Positions 12,342 through 23,094 of a stretch of DNA of 64,000 bases are shown here, piece after piece; position 1 is the stretch's first letter; each line of letters opens with the position of its first letter. This DNA is from Coraliomargarita sp. GTDB lineage: Bacteria; Verrucomicrobiota; Verrucomicrobiia; Opitutales; Coraliomargaritaceae. The notes below the pieces were generated by a model. The model was not told where the DNA came from, did no database searches, and saw only the letters and a list, made by a program, of their open reading frames with translations. Made by a program: the position numbers and the translations under genes. The stretch covers positions 1,888,001 through 1,952,000 of the forward strand of contig OZ244160.1 in NCBI GenBank assembly GCA_965216325.1, written 5' to 3'.

Positions 12342-13073
12342 ATGATTTCTGAAGCTGAAACACCACCTGCTGAGACATTGCTCTCAGTTGAGGCACTTAA
12401 GGCGAGTTACGATGAATCGATCATTTTGCGTGGCATCGATATGCTTGTCCCACCAAATTCAGTGGTTGCTTTGCTGGGGCGCAATGGGGTGGGGAAGACT
12501 TCGCTTTTGCGCAGCATCATGGGTTTGATGCCAAAGACTGAAGGCACGATTACACTTGAGGGCGAAACGATTAGCAACTTGCGTACCGATCAGCGTGCGC
12601 GCCTTGGGTTGGGTTATGTGCCGCAGGGGCGTGACATTTTCCCCAACCTCACAGTCCAGGAAAACTTGGAGGTGAGCTTGAGCATATCCGGCGAGGCAGG
12701 CAAAGAGCGCCTCGAGGAGGTCTATGAGTTGTTCCCGGTCATCAAGGAGATGCTCGGACGTAAGGGTGGCGTACTCTCTGGTGGCCAACAGCAGCAACTC
12801 GCGATTGGGCGTGCGCTGCTGACGAATCCCAAGCTGTTGATTCTGGACGAGCCGACTGAGGGCATTCAGCCGTCGATTATCGACCAAATTGAGGATGCGA
12901 TTCATCTGCTAAAGAAACAGGGCAATCTCAGTATCATCCTCGTGGAGCAGTACCTCGATTTCGCGAAAGCTGCCAGCGATACATTCTATATTCTTGAGCG
13001 TGGCAGTGTCGTTCTCTCGGGAGAGTCCGATGAGTTGACGGCTGAAGTCATCGAAAAACATCTTACTGTCTAA
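12342..13073 (+). CDS. urtE: Urea ABC transporter ATP-binding protein
   Basis: GRNGVGKT, YVPQGRDIF, LSGGQQQQL and DEPTEGIQP motifs. Confidence 0.92.
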   Translation: MISEAETPPAETLLSVEALKASYDESIILRGIDMLVPPNSVVALLGRNGVGKTSLLRSIMGLMPKTEGTITLEGETISNLRTDQRARLGLGYVPQGRDIFPNLTVQENLEVSLSISGEAGKERLEEVYELFPVIKEMLGRKGGVLSGGQQQQLAIGRALLTNPKLLILDEPTEGIQPSIIDQIEDAIHLLKKQGNLSIILVEQYLDFAKAASDTFYILERGSVVLSGESDELTAEVIEKHLTV

Positions 13074-13079
13074 ATACCC

Positions 13080-13382
13080 ATGCACTTAACACCTCGTGAA
13101 CAGGAAAAGCTGATGGTCGTGGTGGCTGCGGATCTCGCACGCCGTCGCCAAGGCCGCGGTCTCAAACTTAACTATCCCGAATCGATCGCGATCATCACCT
13201 ATGAGATTCTAGAAGGTATCCGCGACGGCAAGACTGTTGCCGACCTTATGAGCTTCGGCACTACGATCCTGAAGCGCGATGACGTGCTCGAGGGGGTCCC
13301 GGAAATGATTCACGAAGTACAGGTCGAGGGCACCTTTCCCGATGGCACAAAACTGGTAACCGTCCACAACCCGATCCGATGA
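13080..13382 (+). CDS. ureA: Urease subunit gamma
   Basis: [11 protein letters not shown]...[17 protein letters not shown]. Confidence 0.97.
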   Translation: MHLTPREQEKLMVVVAADLARRRQGRGLKLNYPESIAIITYEILEGIRDGKTVADLMSFGTTILKRDDVLEGVPEMIHEVQVEGTFPDGTKLVTVHNPIR

Positions 13383-13693
13383 TTCCAGGCGAATACAAAT
13401 ATTCCGATCCCGATGCATTGTTGACTGGGAATCCCGGTCTGGCGACGATCTGTATCGAAGTTTCGAATACAGGCGACCGACCAGTGCAGGTTGGTAGCCA
13501 TTATCATTTCTATGAGGTCAATGAGTCGCTTCAGTTTAATCGAGAGGTGGTGAAGGGCTTCCGGTTGAATATTGCTGCTGGCACGGCGGTTCGTTTTGAA
13601 CCGGGAGATGTCCGCGAAGTGGAGCTGGTAGCCCTCGCAGGTGAGCGCCTGGTGCATGGCTTGAAGAACAAGGTCGATGGGGCCCTGGATTAA
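13379..13693 (+). CDS. ureB: Urease subunit beta
   Basis: [20 protein letters not shown] and GTAVRFEPG motifs. Confidence 0.97.
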   Translation: MIPGEYKYSDPDALLTGNPGLATICIEVSNTGDRPVQVGSHYHFYEVNESLQFNREVVKGFRLNIAAGTAVRFEPGDVREVELVALAGERLVHGLKNKVDGALD

Positions 13694-13708
13694 CCTAGCA
13701 GTGATGTT

Positions 13709-15442
13709 ATGAGTCTTGAATTTACACGTCGACAATACGCCGAGATGTTTGGCCCCACGGTGGGGGTTCAAGTGCGTCTGGCAGATACCGAGCTCTTTAT
13801 TGAGATCGAGAAAGATCTGATCGCCGAAGCCGGTGGCTATGGCAATGAGGTGAAGTTTGGGGGAGGTAAAGTTATCCGTGACGGCATGGGGCAATCGCCA
13901 CTTGCGAAGGATGATGAATGCCTTGATTTAGTGCTTACCAATGCGACCATTATCGATCCGATACTGGGCATTATCAAAGCCGATATTGGAGTCAAAGGCG
14001 GCCGTATTGCTGGTATTGGTCATGCAGGAAATCCGCTGATTCAATCCGGGATTACCGAGAGCATGGTGATCGGTGCGGGTACTGAGGTGATTGCCGCCGA
14101 GGGCCACATTGTCACTGCTGGCGGGTTTGATTCGCACATCCATTTTATCTGCCCACAGCAAATCAATGAAGCGCTTTCCAGCGGTGTGACTACCATGACT
14201 GGTGGCGGCACTGGCCCAGCGACCGGCACGAATGCCACAACGTGCACGCCAGGGAAGTGGAACATACATAAAATGCTCGAAGCCGCCGAAGCCTTCCCGA
14301 TGAATCTTGGCTTTATGGGAAAGGGCAATGCGTCGAATCTCAATGCGCTACGCGAGCAAATCGATGCTGGTGCGATGGGGCTGAAGCTTCACGAGGACTG
14401 GGGCACCACTCCAAGCGCGATCGACCACTGCCTGAGCGTCGCCGATGAGTTGGATGTCCAAGTCGCAATTCATACGGACACGCTCAATGAGTCGGGCTTT
14501 GTTGAAACCACGATTGATGCCTTCAAGGATCGCGTTATCCACACCTTCCACTCCGAGGGAGCGGGTGGTGGTCATGCTCCGGATATCATGAAGGTCTGTA
14601 GCTTGCCGAATGTGTTGCCCTCATCGACCAATCCGACACGACCCTTCACGGTGAATACCATCGATGAGCATTTGGACATGCTTATGGTTTGCCATCACCT
14701 CGATTCCAAGATTCCCGAGGATGTGGCTTTTGCGGAGTCCCGTATTCGCCCGCAGACCATTGCCGCCGAAGACATTCTTCATGACCGAGGCGCGATCTCG
14801 ATTATGTCGAGCGATAGCCAAGCGATGGGACGTGTGGGCGAAGTTATCATACGCACATGGCAGACGGCCGACAAGATGAAGAAGCAGTTCGGTAAACTGG
14901 AGTCGGAGGAACATCCTGCCGCAGATAATTTCCGTGTGCTTCGCTATGTGGCTAAATACACGATCAATCCGGCGATTGCCTGTGGTTGTGCGGCGGATGT
15001 TGGCAGCCTCGAAGTTGGCAAGCTCGCGGATATCGTGATCTTTAAGCCGGCGCTGTTTGGCGTGAAGCCGGAATTGGTGCTGAAGGGGGGTATGATCGCG
15101 ATGGCCAACATGGGTGATCCGAACGCGTCGATCCCGACACCGCAGCCGATGTATTACCGCCCGCAGTTTGCCTCTTTCGGCAAGGCGCTTGCGAAAACAT
15201 CGATTACTTTTGTCAGCCAGTCTGCAATCGACAAGGATGTTGCTGGCGAGCTTGGGTTGGAGAGGATGATTCGCCCTGTTGCGAATACGCGTAGAATTTC
15301 GAAGCACGACATGGTGCTTAATGATTATTTGCCGGAGATCGAGATCGACCCCGAGACCTATACCGTCACCGCTGACGGGGAGGTTCTGACATGTGAACCC
15401 GCTGAGTCGCTCCCCATGGCACAGCGATATTTCTTATTCTAA
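13709..15442 (+). CDS. ureC: Urease subunit alpha
   Basis: Nickel-site motifs DSHIH, KLHEDW, HTDTLNE, MVCHH and SSDSQAMG; ends AQRYFLF. Confidence 0.98.
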   Translation: MSLEFTRRQYAEMFGPTVGVQVRLADTELFIEIEKDLIAEAGGYGNEVKFGGGKVIRDGMGQSPLAKDDECLDLVLTNATIIDPILGIIKADIGVKGGRIAGIGHAGNPLIQSGITESMVIGAGTEVIAAEGHIVTAGGFDSHIHFICPQQINEALSSGVTTMTGGGTGPATGTNATTCTPGKWNIHKMLEAAEAFPMNLGFMGKGNASNLNALREQIDAGAMGLKLHEDWGTTPSAIDHCLSVADELDVQVAIHTDTLNESGFVETTIDAFKDRVIHTFHSEGAGGGHAPDIMKVCSLPNVLPSSTNPTRPFTVNTIDEHLDMLMVCHHLDSKIPEDVAFAESRIRPQTIAAEDILHDRGAISIMSSDSQAMGRVGEVIIRTWQTADKMKKQFGKLESEEHPAADNFRVLRYVAKYTINPAIACGCAADVGSLEVGKLADIVIFKPALFGVKPELVLKGGMIAMANMGDPNASIPTPQPMYYRPQFASFGKALAKTSITFVSQSAIDKDVAGELGLERMIRPVANTRRISKHDMVLNDYLPEIEIDPETYTVTADGEVLTCEPAESLPMAQRYFLF

Positions 15443-15444
15443 GT

Positions 15445-15900
15445 ATGCACCTTATTACCCAAGCGCTACCCGCAGTTCCTGAAGGTTTAACTATAGTCAA
15501 AGTTGAAGTCGATCGCCACAAGTTGGCGCGCCGACGTTGGCGTGGCACCGCTGCGGATGGCAGTGATTTCGGCTTTGATGTGAATGAATCGCTCAGTCAT
15601 GGGGACTGTATCCATGCAACGGATACAGAGGTATATGTGATCGAACAGAGCCCGGAAGACTGTTTCCTCGTGCCGATCAAGGCGGCGAAGGAAGCTGCAT
15701 GGATCGGTTGGATGATTGGCAACCTCCATTTTAAAGCCGCGTTCACTGAGGAGGGGGTCTTGGTGCAGGACGACCTGGCTGTTCAGCAAATGCTGGAGCG
15801 AGAGCATATCCATTACCACAAGGTGAAGCAGGTTTTTCAGCCAGCCAAGCAGGGCGGGCATTCGTATGACCACGAGCATCACCACCATCACTCGCATTAA
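15445..15900 (+). CDS. ureE: Urease accessory nickel chaperone
   Basis: IGNLH motif and His-rich C-terminal tail. Confidence 0.9.
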   Translation: MHLITQALPAVPEGLTIVKVEVDRHKLARRRWRGTAADGSDFGFDVNESLSHGDCIHATDTEVYVIEQSPEDCFLVPIKAAKEAAWIGWMIGNLHFKAAFTEEGVLVQDDLAVQQMLEREHIHYHKVKQVFQPAKQGGHSYDHEHHHHHSH

Positions 15901-15903
15901 GCA

Positions 15904-16611
15904 ATGATGCCTTCGGATCAGACTGCGGATTGGGTGCCTGCGCTTTTGCAGATCTCGGATCCTTTGTTTCCCACGGGAGCTTATGCGCATTCAATGGGCT
16001 TGGAGCAGTGGGCGGAGACGTGCGGGTATCGCACAGCTGAGGATTTGATCGAGTTTTTCGAGAGCCATGCAGGGCCCTCCTTGCAGCGCTTAGAGTTGCC
16101 CTACCTGCGTTACGCGGTGGCAGCGTTGCGTGTCAGTGACATGGAAGCACTCTTCACGCTCGAATCCGAGATCGATGCGTGGAAGTGGGCTAGTGAGATC
16201 CGAGAGGCGAGTATTTCGCAGGGGCGTGGACGCTTGCGCTTGCTGAAGAAACTCTGGGATGGATCCGAGTATATTAATGCGTACTCACAAGCCTTTGTCG
16301 CTGGGCGAGTCCGAGGACACCATCTCATCGTCAGTGCCTTGCAGTTCGAACGTTTATCCGTTCCGGATGAGGCGGCGTTGATGACCTATGGCTATCAGAG
16401 TTTAGCCAATTTTGTTTCGGCCTCGGTGAAGTTGTTGCGTATCAGCCCCGAGGCCGCTCAGCGCGCGTTGCACGCTGGCTTGGAGATGTTGCCAGCTTGG
16501 GTGGCACAGTCTCAGCAAGTGGAACGCGAAGAGGCCGGTTGGTTTGCGCCTGCGTTCGATATCGCTTGCGCGCGTCATGCTTCGGCCTTCTCACGACTTT
16601 TTATTTCTTAA
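15904..16611 (+). CDS. ureF: Urease accessory protein
   Basis: [20 protein letters not shown] and C-terminal SRLFIS. Confidence 0.92.
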   Translation: MMPSDQTADWVPALLQISDPLFPTGAYAHSMGLEQWAETCGYRTAEDLIEFFESHAGPSLQRLELPYLRYAVAALRVSDMEALFTLESEIDAWKWASEIREASISQGRGRLRLLKKLWDGSEYINAYSQAFVAGRVRGHHLIVSALQFERLSVPDEAALMTYGYQSLANFVSASVKLLRISPEAAQRALHAGLEMLPAWVAQSQQVEREEAGWFAPAFDIACARHASAFSRLFIS

Positions 16612-16616
16612 TTGCT

Positions 16617-17246
16617 ATGACAGATATAAACACTCCTCGACCTGTTCGTGTTGGCATTGGAGGCCCCGTCGGCTCCGGTAAGACGATGTTGCTGCTCCGT
16701 CTGATCGAAGTTCTGCACGAGCGCTACTCACTTGTCGCGATTACCAACGATATTTACACCAAGGAGGATGAGCAGTTCCTAGTGAAGAACAGTCCTCTGG
16801 AAGGTAGCCGCATTCTCGGGGTTGAGACCGGAGGCTGCCCGCATACCGCGATCCGTGATGATACGAGTATGAACGAAGTGGCGATCGAAGATCTGACGAT
16901 GCGCCACCCGGACACCCAGGTGGTCTTGATGGAGAGTGGGGGCGACAACCTGTCGGCGACTTATTCACCCGATCTTGTGGATGCCTTCATTTATGTAATC
17001 GATGTGGCCGAAGGGGACAAGATCCCACGGAAAGGTGGGCCGGCGATTCGCTTTTCGGATTTGATGATCATTAACAAGACTGAGCTTGCTCCTTATGTGG
17101 GTGCAGATCTTGAGGTGATGGACCGGGATTCTAAGAAGATGCGTGAGGAGCGTCCCTATGTGTTCTGCGATCTAAAGAGTTATCAGGGTTTGGACGCAGT
17201 CATCGGCTGGCTGGAGAAAGAATGTTTCTTTGCGATTAAGCACTAA
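16617..17246 (+). CDS. ureG: Urease accessory GTPase
   Basis: [23 protein letters not shown] and NKTE motifs; start chosen at ATG 16617. Confidence 0.95.
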   Translation: MTDINTPRPVRVGIGGPVGSGKTMLLLRLIEVLHERYSLVAITNDIYTKEDEQFLVKNSPLEGSRILGVETGGCPHTAIRDDTSMNEVAIEDLTMRHPDTQVVLMESGGDNLSATYSPDLVDAFIYVIDVAEGDKIPRKGGPAIRFSDLMIINKTELAPYVGADLEVMDRDSKKMREERPYVFCDLKSYQGLDAVIGWLEKECFFAIKH

Positions 17247-18106
17247 TGTTGGCTGAACCCATAGAATCTGTATCCGGACGTCCAGCTGTGCATGGTGGGG
17301 CACGCTTACGCTATGAGTTCACCCCTGGTGTTGGCACCCGCTTGCAAGAGCAGTGGGTGCGCCCACCTTTGCATTTGGCGAAGGCCTACCACGAGGAGGA
17401 CTGGGCGATCAGTATACTGACCAGTCCCACGGCTGGCTTGCTGGATGGAGATTTACTCGAAGTTGAGGCAACGATCGCCGCTGGCGCACGGGCGGCGCTG
17501 ATCAGTCCGGCAGCCTGCCGCGTGCATACGATGGCACAGGGGTATGCGAGGGTTGAGCAAGGCTACCGCGTGGAATCCGGTGCGGTGTTGGATGTCTGGC
17601 CCGCGCCGCTGGTGTTACAGAAGGATGCTTCACTGAAGCAGTCAACGCGGATGGATGTGGCGGCAGATGCGACCGTGCTGTTGTGTGAAGTGATCAGCCC
17701 CGGGCGTGCTGCCTACGGTGAGCGATTTGAATTCCGAGAGTGGTCGTCTCAGCTGAAGATTTTCCGCGAAGGTGAGTTGTTGGCCTATGAAAACTTCAGC
17801 TGTAGGCCGGACGCTGGCGATCTGTCCGATTGGTGCGGTCTGTATCCAGATGGCAGTTATGCCAGTTTCTATTATTTAACACCGGAGCCGCTAGCTGACT
17901 TGGTTCAACAGTTGCACGATTTGGAAACGCCGGAGGCCATGATTGGTGCGAGTCCCTTGCGCGAGGGCGGCATGGGCATCAAAATTCTGGCAGCGGATGG
18001 CATTCAATTGCGCAAGGCTGTCTTTTTGGTGCGGAATCTGCTCATCCTGCACTCTCAACAAAATTACCCATATGCGCTGCAACGCGCTCAAACATTTTTT
18101 CACTAG
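17246..18106 (+). CDS. ureD: Urease accessory protein
   Basis: RPPLHL, TAGLLDGD and GRAAYGERF motifs; operon position. Confidence 0.85.
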   Translation: MLAEPIESVSGRPAVHGGARLRYEFTPGVGTRLQEQWVRPPLHLAKAYHEEDWAISILTSPTAGLLDGDLLEVEATIAAGARAALISPAACRVHTMAQGYARVEQGYRVESGAVLDVWPAPLVLQKDASLKQSTRMDVAADATVLLCEVISPGRAAYGERFEFREWSSQLKIFREGELLAYENFSCRPDAGDLSDWCGLYPDGSYASFYYLTPEPLADLVQQLHDLETPEAMIGASPLREGGMGIKILAADGIQLRKAVFLVRNLLILHSQQNYPYALQRAQTFFH

Positions 18107-18115
18107 ATAAGTATT

Positions 18116-18850
18116 ATGCACCTTGTTGAAGGCACACTCGAATCCTCCACGGTTCTCTTTACATCGGCTGCTGGTTTATTGGCATTTGGCGTGGCTTGCT
18201 ATGGTGCACGACGTGAAATGAGCGCCAGGCATCTGCCGTCACTTGTCGCTATGACGGGCTTTGTTTTCGCGGCGCAGATGGTGAATTGTGCGACGGGGTT
18301 CGGCTTCTCCGGTCATTTGGTGGGTGCAGCTTTGCTGGCGATCTTATTTGGCCCCTGTGCGGCCATGCTGTCGATGGCGGTCGTGCTCAGTGCCCAGGTC
18401 GCATTTATGGGAGACGGTTCCTGGAGCACGCTTGGAGCGAACTTTATGAACATGGGTGTTGTCGCGCCATGGTTGGCTTACGGGGTCTTCCGTATGCTGC
18501 AGGGGCGACGCTCGCCTCAGCTTGATGCAGCACAGTGCGCTGCGCTTACGTTGGCTTCTTATGCTTCCATTTTAGGCGCGGCGGTGAGTCTCAGCTTTAT
18601 GGCTGAGTTGCCGCTTCGTTCTATGTTGTCGTCACACGCGCTGATCGGAGTGATCGAAGCCGTCTTAGGTGTCGGAGTCTTCTCCGTCTGCGTGCGAGGG
18701 GTGCGGGCCCGTGTGGGGATGGCTCGGCAATATGCGCTGAAGCCGATTGTCGCGGTCTGCTTGCTCGCTCTTTGCGTGTTGCCCTGGAGCTCCAAGCAGC
18801 CGGATGGCTTTGAGCATGTATCGAGTACGGCAGTGCGCTCGGGAGAGTAG
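18116..18850 (+). CDS. Ni/Co ECF-type S component (CbiM/NikM-like) with a short PDGLE-like tail
   Basis: N-terminal MHLVEG, FAAQMVN, SGHLVG, TLGANFMNMG; PDGFE near the C-terminus. Confidence 0.8.
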   Translation: MHLVEGTLESSTVLFTSAAGLLAFGVACYGARREMSARHLPSLVAMTGFVFAAQMVNCATGFGFSGHLVGAALLAILFGPCAAMLSMAVVLSAQVAFMGDGSWSTLGANFMNMGVVAPWLAYGVFRMLQGRRSPQLDAAQCAALTLASYASILGAAVSLSFMAELPLRSMLSSHALIGVIEAVLGVGVFSVCVRGVRARVGMARQYALKPIVAVCLLALCVLPWSSKQPDGFEHVSSTAVRSGE

Positions 18851-19432
18851 CTACCTTTTGCCGCGCAGGAAGTCGCGGCTGTTGCGGCGGATCTTCTTGA
18901 TGCGGGTTTCCATTTTCTTGAGGTGGCGCTTGTCCATCTTGTCGATGAAGAGCTCGCCGTTTAGGTGATCGACCTCGTGGAGGATGCAGCGTCCGAGCAG
19001 GCCATCGCACTCGATTTCGTGGGGGTTGCCTTCCAGGTCCTGGAACTCGCACTTCACGCCGATTGGGCGCGTTACGTTGCCGCGCACGTCCGGGAAGGAC
19101 AGGCAGCCTTCTTCGTACACATCTTCGCTTGGGTCGATGATGGTGACTTTTGGGTTCACGATCGCCAGCGGCATAATAAGGTCCAGCGGCGGCTGCTTTT
19201 TGTCGTAAAAATACTGGAAGGGGACCTCGGCACCTTCGGGTGGTCGCACGTCCACAACGCAGATTTGAAGTGCCTGATCGATTTGTTGCGCGGCAAGACC
19301 GATGCCTTCTTCGGCATACATGGTCTCAAACATGTCTTCGGCCAGCTGCTTGAGCTCGTCGTTGAATTCAGTGACGGGGGCTCCAACTTCGCGGAGGATC
19401 GGCTCGCCATAGTGGGTGACTCGTAAACGCAT
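18851..19432 (-). CDS. def: Peptide deformylase
   Basis: GIGLAAQQ, EGCLS and HEVDHLNG motifs; start at ATG 19432 (MRLRVTHYGEP). Confidence 0.95.
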   Translation of the reverse strand: MRLRVTHYGEPILREVGAPVTEFNDELKQLAEDMFETMYAEEGIGLAAQQIDQALQICVVDVRPPEGAEVPFQYFYDKKQPPLDLIMPLAIVNPKVTIIDPSEDVYEEGCLSFPDVRGNVTRPIGVKCEFQDLEGNPHEIECDGLLGRCILHEVDHLNGELFIDKMDKRHLKKMETRIKKIRRNSRDFLRGKR

Positions 19433-19482
19433 GGAGGCACGTTGTGCGGAACTCTCCAGCCTGTAAAGTATTTGCTGTGTGC

Positions 19483-20028
19483 TTAGGTGTCGGTGGTGGG
19501 CGCGACCGGAATGTGAACTTCTGAGCGCTTGAGGAAACTGATGGTGAATGGACCGTTCCAATAGATGCCCCGGGCGGGGCCGGTTGCTTGGTGAGTCCCC
19601 TGTGCGTCGAGCCACTCTTTCAGCTGGGCCTCGGCTGTTTTGAAGTTGGTTTGGCTGTAGCTGCCGCGCACGCCGATACTGGCGACTGTACGCTCGGGAA
19701 GCTCTAGAACCCGGACCTCATCGGTGGTGGCCAATTCGCGCTCAGCGGCATCGCCGCCAATGTAGAAATACATGACGCCGGGCGACATCTCGGCTTCAAC
19801 CGGGATGGTCATGGCAATGTCATTGTTCGAGATGTAGCGAAACAGGGGGCGGAAGAGTGCATTGTTGCGCTCAAAATAGCCGCGATCCGACTCGCTGGCG
19901 ATCAGTTTGGCGGCTGGAAGGGTTTTGATTTCGATGGCGCCGACTGCAGTTTTGGCAAATGCTTGTTCGTAGGCGGTGATCAGTTGTAAGGGGAGCAGGC
20001 AGAGGCACAGTAGTTTAAGCGTATTCAT
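19483..20028 (-). CDS. SOUL heme-binding family protein, secreted
   Basis: FRPLFRYI, IAMTIPV, ERTVASIGVRG and WNGPFT motifs; signal peptide. Confidence 0.8.
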   Translation of the reverse strand: MNTLKLLCLCLLPLQLITAYEQAFAKTAVGAIEIKTLPAAKLIASESDRGYFERNNALFRPLFRYISNNDIAMTIPVEAEMSPGVMYFYIGGDAAERELATTDEVRVLELPERTVASIGVRGSYSQTNFKTAEAQLKEWLDAQGTHQATGPARGIYWNGPFTISFLKRSEVHIPVAPTTDT

Positions 20029-20081
20029 GCGGACTGATCTCATAGGGAGCGCAGCACCTTACAGAATGAGCCGATCAGGCC

Positions 20082-20588
20082 TTAAACGCCGGGTAATTTG
20101 AGCTCCTCGGTCAGGCTCAGCTGGCCTTCGGGGTCGCAGTTCGCGCGTAGGCCGACGAAGCCCTCATGGAAGCGATCATAGTAGGGCCACAGGAGCGTGC
20201 GGTCGGTCTCGGGGATCTTGAGGGCGTCGATGGCGGAGCGGCTGAAAAATTGAAACTGGCCCTCGTCGATCTCGGGGGGCAGGGCGTTGATGGCTTTTTG
20301 GGCGTTGAAGAGGAACATTAACCAGTGGCCGGTGCCTTCGTAGCTTTTCTCAGAAATGTAGCCAAAGCAGTGTAGGTCCTCGTCACCCAGTTCGAGGCTG
20401 ACCTCTTCCAGGACTTCGCGGCGGGCGCATTCGTAAGGTGATTCGCCGGTGTGCATGTCGAGTTTGCCTCCAATTGGACTCCAGCAGCCCTTGTTCGGGG
20501 CTTTGCGGCGCTCGATGAGCAGGTGTTCGTCTGCTTCGTTGCGAAGAAATACCAGTGCACTGATTTTAAATGGGAGCTCGGTCGACAT
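20082..20588 (-). CDS. NUDIX hydrolase
   Basis: Nudix box GGKLDMHTGESPYECARREVLEE. Confidence 0.88.
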   Translation of the reverse strand: MSTELPFKISALVFLRNEADEHLLIERRKAPNKGCWSPIGGKLDMHTGESPYECARREVLEEVSLELGDEDLHCFGYISEKSYEGTGHWLMFLFNAQKAINALPPEIDEGQFQFFSRSAIDALKIPETDRTLLWPYYDRFHEGFVGLRANCDPEGQLSLTEELKLPGV

Positions 20589-20813
20589 GTTGGAGAACTT
20601 TTAGATGCCGCTTGGGACGGCAAGTGTAATGTTGGGTGAGCGCTGTGGTCTGGGGGGGCGGCGTGGGCTCGTCCATTCTGCTTCTAATACGGGGCATAAC
20701 GCGCGGATAAATCCGCTCTGGCAGTGAAAAAGGGGTTGCTTTAGCGGGAATCAACCCATACCCCAGACAGTTCATTGTCTCAAGATACCTGTTAATCTCA
20801 GTTTTCCCCGCCC

Positions 20814-21395
20814 ATGATTAGAAGTCTTTTTTCACTTTTTGGTGCGCTCGCAATCTCAGCGGGCTCTCTTGTCGCGCAAGACGTTGTTGTCGATCAAGTT
20901 AAGTTCAATAAGACCCGCGACGACTGGATTCAGATCGAAATGCGCCTCACTTGTAACGGCAATTCGGCGCCGGATGCACGCAACCCGAAGTTTCTGGAGA
21001 ACATCAAGGTTAAGCCATACATTGCCTATCCCAAAGGTGATTCTGCGGATCAGTTCGTTTATTTCACGTCTGAAGTAGAAATCATTGCCATGGAGCAGCG
21101 CGACAAGAGCTACGTGTATTTCTATGTGCCTGGCCCAATTGCAAAACGGGATAATCTTAAATACCCCAAGTATTACTACATTGAGCTGTCGGTAAACGGT
21201 ACGGAATTGCCTCCACAAAAGACTGCCATCGGCAATATCCCCAATGCTGCTAGCCTTGAGCAGATGAAGAGTCTGACTATCTCCGGTGCCGAGGCCAATA
21301 AAGACATGTTGCTGCCCGTGTACTACACGCCAGCGCAATACCTTGGTAGCGTGCGTGATCTACCGATCTTTTTGCGCCGCGATCCGCAGCAGTAA
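20814..21395 (+). CDS. Secreted protein, Amuc_1102-like pilus-cluster component
   Basis: Signal peptide; first gene of the PilM-to-secretin cluster; assignment rests mostly on synteny. Confidence 0.55.
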   Translation: MIRSLFSLFGALAISAGSLVAQDVVVDQVKFNKTRDDWIQIEMRLTCNGNSAPDARNPKFLENIKVKPYIAYPKGDSADQFVYFTSEVEIIAMEQRDKSYVYFYVPGPIAKRDNLKYPKYYYIELSVNGTELPPQKTAIGNIPNAASLEQMKSLTISGAEANKDMLLPVYYTPAQYLGSVRDLPIFLRRDPQQ

Positions 21396-21421
21396 TCCGA
21401 CTTTTAGCTAGCTAACCTTAC

Positions 21422-23089
21422 ATGAGCAGTTCCAAACGCTTAATCATTAACTGTGGCGCCAGTCGTGTGACTGCCGCAGTTCTTACGACCAGCGAAGGCA
21501 GCATCCATGTGGACCGTCTTGTCACTGAGCATCTGGAATACGATTTTTCCAATGAAGATGCGTGGCAAGGGGCAGTCCGCAGTGCGCTGCATTCCCTCAC
21601 GCACGAGCACAAACTCAGTGGTAAGACCACGCTGCTCTTGCCCGGCAGTCAGGTGCTTACCCGCCCGATTCGCATCCCGCATGTGGAGGAAGCTAAGCGC
21701 GCCCAAACGATTGCGTTTGAGGCACAGCAGAATATTCCATTCCCGCTGCATGAGGTGATCTGGGACAGTCAGATTGTCGAAGATGATGGCGTGGAGACTG
21801 AAGTGCTGTTTGTAGCGTGTAAGTCTGAAGTGATTGGCGACCTTTGCAAGAGTGCGGAAGGTGCAGGGCTGGTTGTTGAGCGTATCAATGCTGCGCCCTT
21901 GCTGGACTACAATGCCTTGCAACACAGCGCGGGGCTCGATCAAGAGACGCTGGTGATTAACATCGGTGCAAGTTCAACGAATTTACTCTTTTGCAATAGC
22001 GACAGTTTCTACATTCGTAACATTCCAAAGCTGGGAGGCAATATGCTGACCCAGAGCATTGCGGACAGCGTGGGTAAGAGCTTCATGACGGCTGAAGAGC
22101 TGAAGCTTAAGTTCTTTGGGGGTGAAATTGAAGCGGGCGAGGATGACTCGGGGGCGAAATTGCTGAATGCGAGTGCTGAGGCATTCATGCGTCGCATGAA
22201 CCAGGAAATCACTCGTTCGATCGTTAATTACCGTCGCCAGAAGAAGGGCGCGGCACCGAAGCGTATCTTTTTGAGTGGCCGTGGCTCTTTGTTGAGTGGC
22301 TTGGCTGAAAAGCTTTCCGAGTCGCAGAAGGTAAAGGTCGAGATCTTTGATCCAGTGCAGGCGGCTACCTTGGATGGGAGCATTCATGAGGCCATGGATT
22401 TGCTCCGCCTGCAAACGGGTGAGATCATCGGTGAAGCCTGCCGAGATCTGGTGCCTTCGGGTGCTGGTGTGAACCTTTTGCCGAGCGATGTGCAGGACGA
22501 AATGGAGTTCTCCAAGAAGAAGCCGATCCTGCTGATTGCAGCTGCCTGCTTGGCCCTCGCGCCGATTCCTGCCTATCTCGGGCTTAAGGCTTCTGCCGCG
22601 GAGTATAAGTCCGCGACCCAAGAGGTTCAGGCACAGACAGCTCCATTGACTGCGCGTCAGGCTCAAATCCAGGCCAACTTGGAGGAGTCTCAGAAAATTG
22701 CGGGAGACATCAGTGTGGTTGAGAGCTTGGTTAATACCAAGACCAACTGGATTCAATTTTTTGCGGAGTTACAGGATATTCTGCAGAAAGCCCAAGACGT
22801 CTGGATTGAAGATTTGGCAGTTAATCGCGGCACGACCGAGGCAGGTGTGCCGACATATGAATTGGTGGTCTCAGGTATGACTTTGGTGCGTGAAGCTGCC
22901 AACGGTGCGGACAATGTCGATCAGGGCGCCTTGTCCCTACGTATCCGTCGCTTGCAGGCGAGCTTCGAAAGCTCACGTTTTGTCTCTGAAGCAAAGTCAC
23001 CACGGATCAACTTCGAGAATCTGAATAATGGCCTGAAGGTCCTTCCTTTTGAAATCGTTCTCATCGTAGACGCTGCGAAACCGCTCTAA
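21422..23089 (+). CDS. PilM-like (actin fold) protein fused to a PilN-like TM/periplasmic part (Amuc_1101-like)
   Basis: FEAQQNIPFPL, INIGASSTNL, GGNMLT, LSGRGS, then VNLLP, a TM segment and a coiled coil. Confidence 0.8.
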   Translation: MSSSKRLIINCGASRVTAAVLTTSEGSIHVDRLVTEHLEYDFSNEDAWQGAVRSALHSLTHEHKLSGKTTLLLPGSQVLTRPIRIPHVEEAKRAQTIAFEAQQNIPFPLHEVIWDSQIVEDDGVETEVLFVACKSEVIGDLCKSAEGAGLVVERINAAPLLDYNALQHSAGLDQETLVINIGASSTNLLFCNSDSFYIRNIPKLGGNMLTQSIADSVGKSFMTAEELKLKFFGGEIEAGEDDSGAKLLNASAEAFMRRMNQEITRSIVNYRRQKKGAAPKRIFLSGRGSLLSGLAEKLSESQKVKVEIFDPVQAATLDGSIHEAMDLLRLQTGEIIGEACRDLVPSGAGVNLLPSDVQDEMEFSKKKPILLIAAACLALAPIPAYLGLKASAAEYKSATQEVQAQTAPLTARQAQIQANLEESQKIAGDISVVESLVNTKTNWIQFFAELQDILQKAQDVWIEDLAVNRGTTEAGVPTYELVVSGMTLVREAANGADNVDQGALSLRIRRLQASFESSRFVSEAKSPRINFENLNNGLKVLPFEIVLIVDAAKPL

Positions 23090-23094
23090 GCTCC

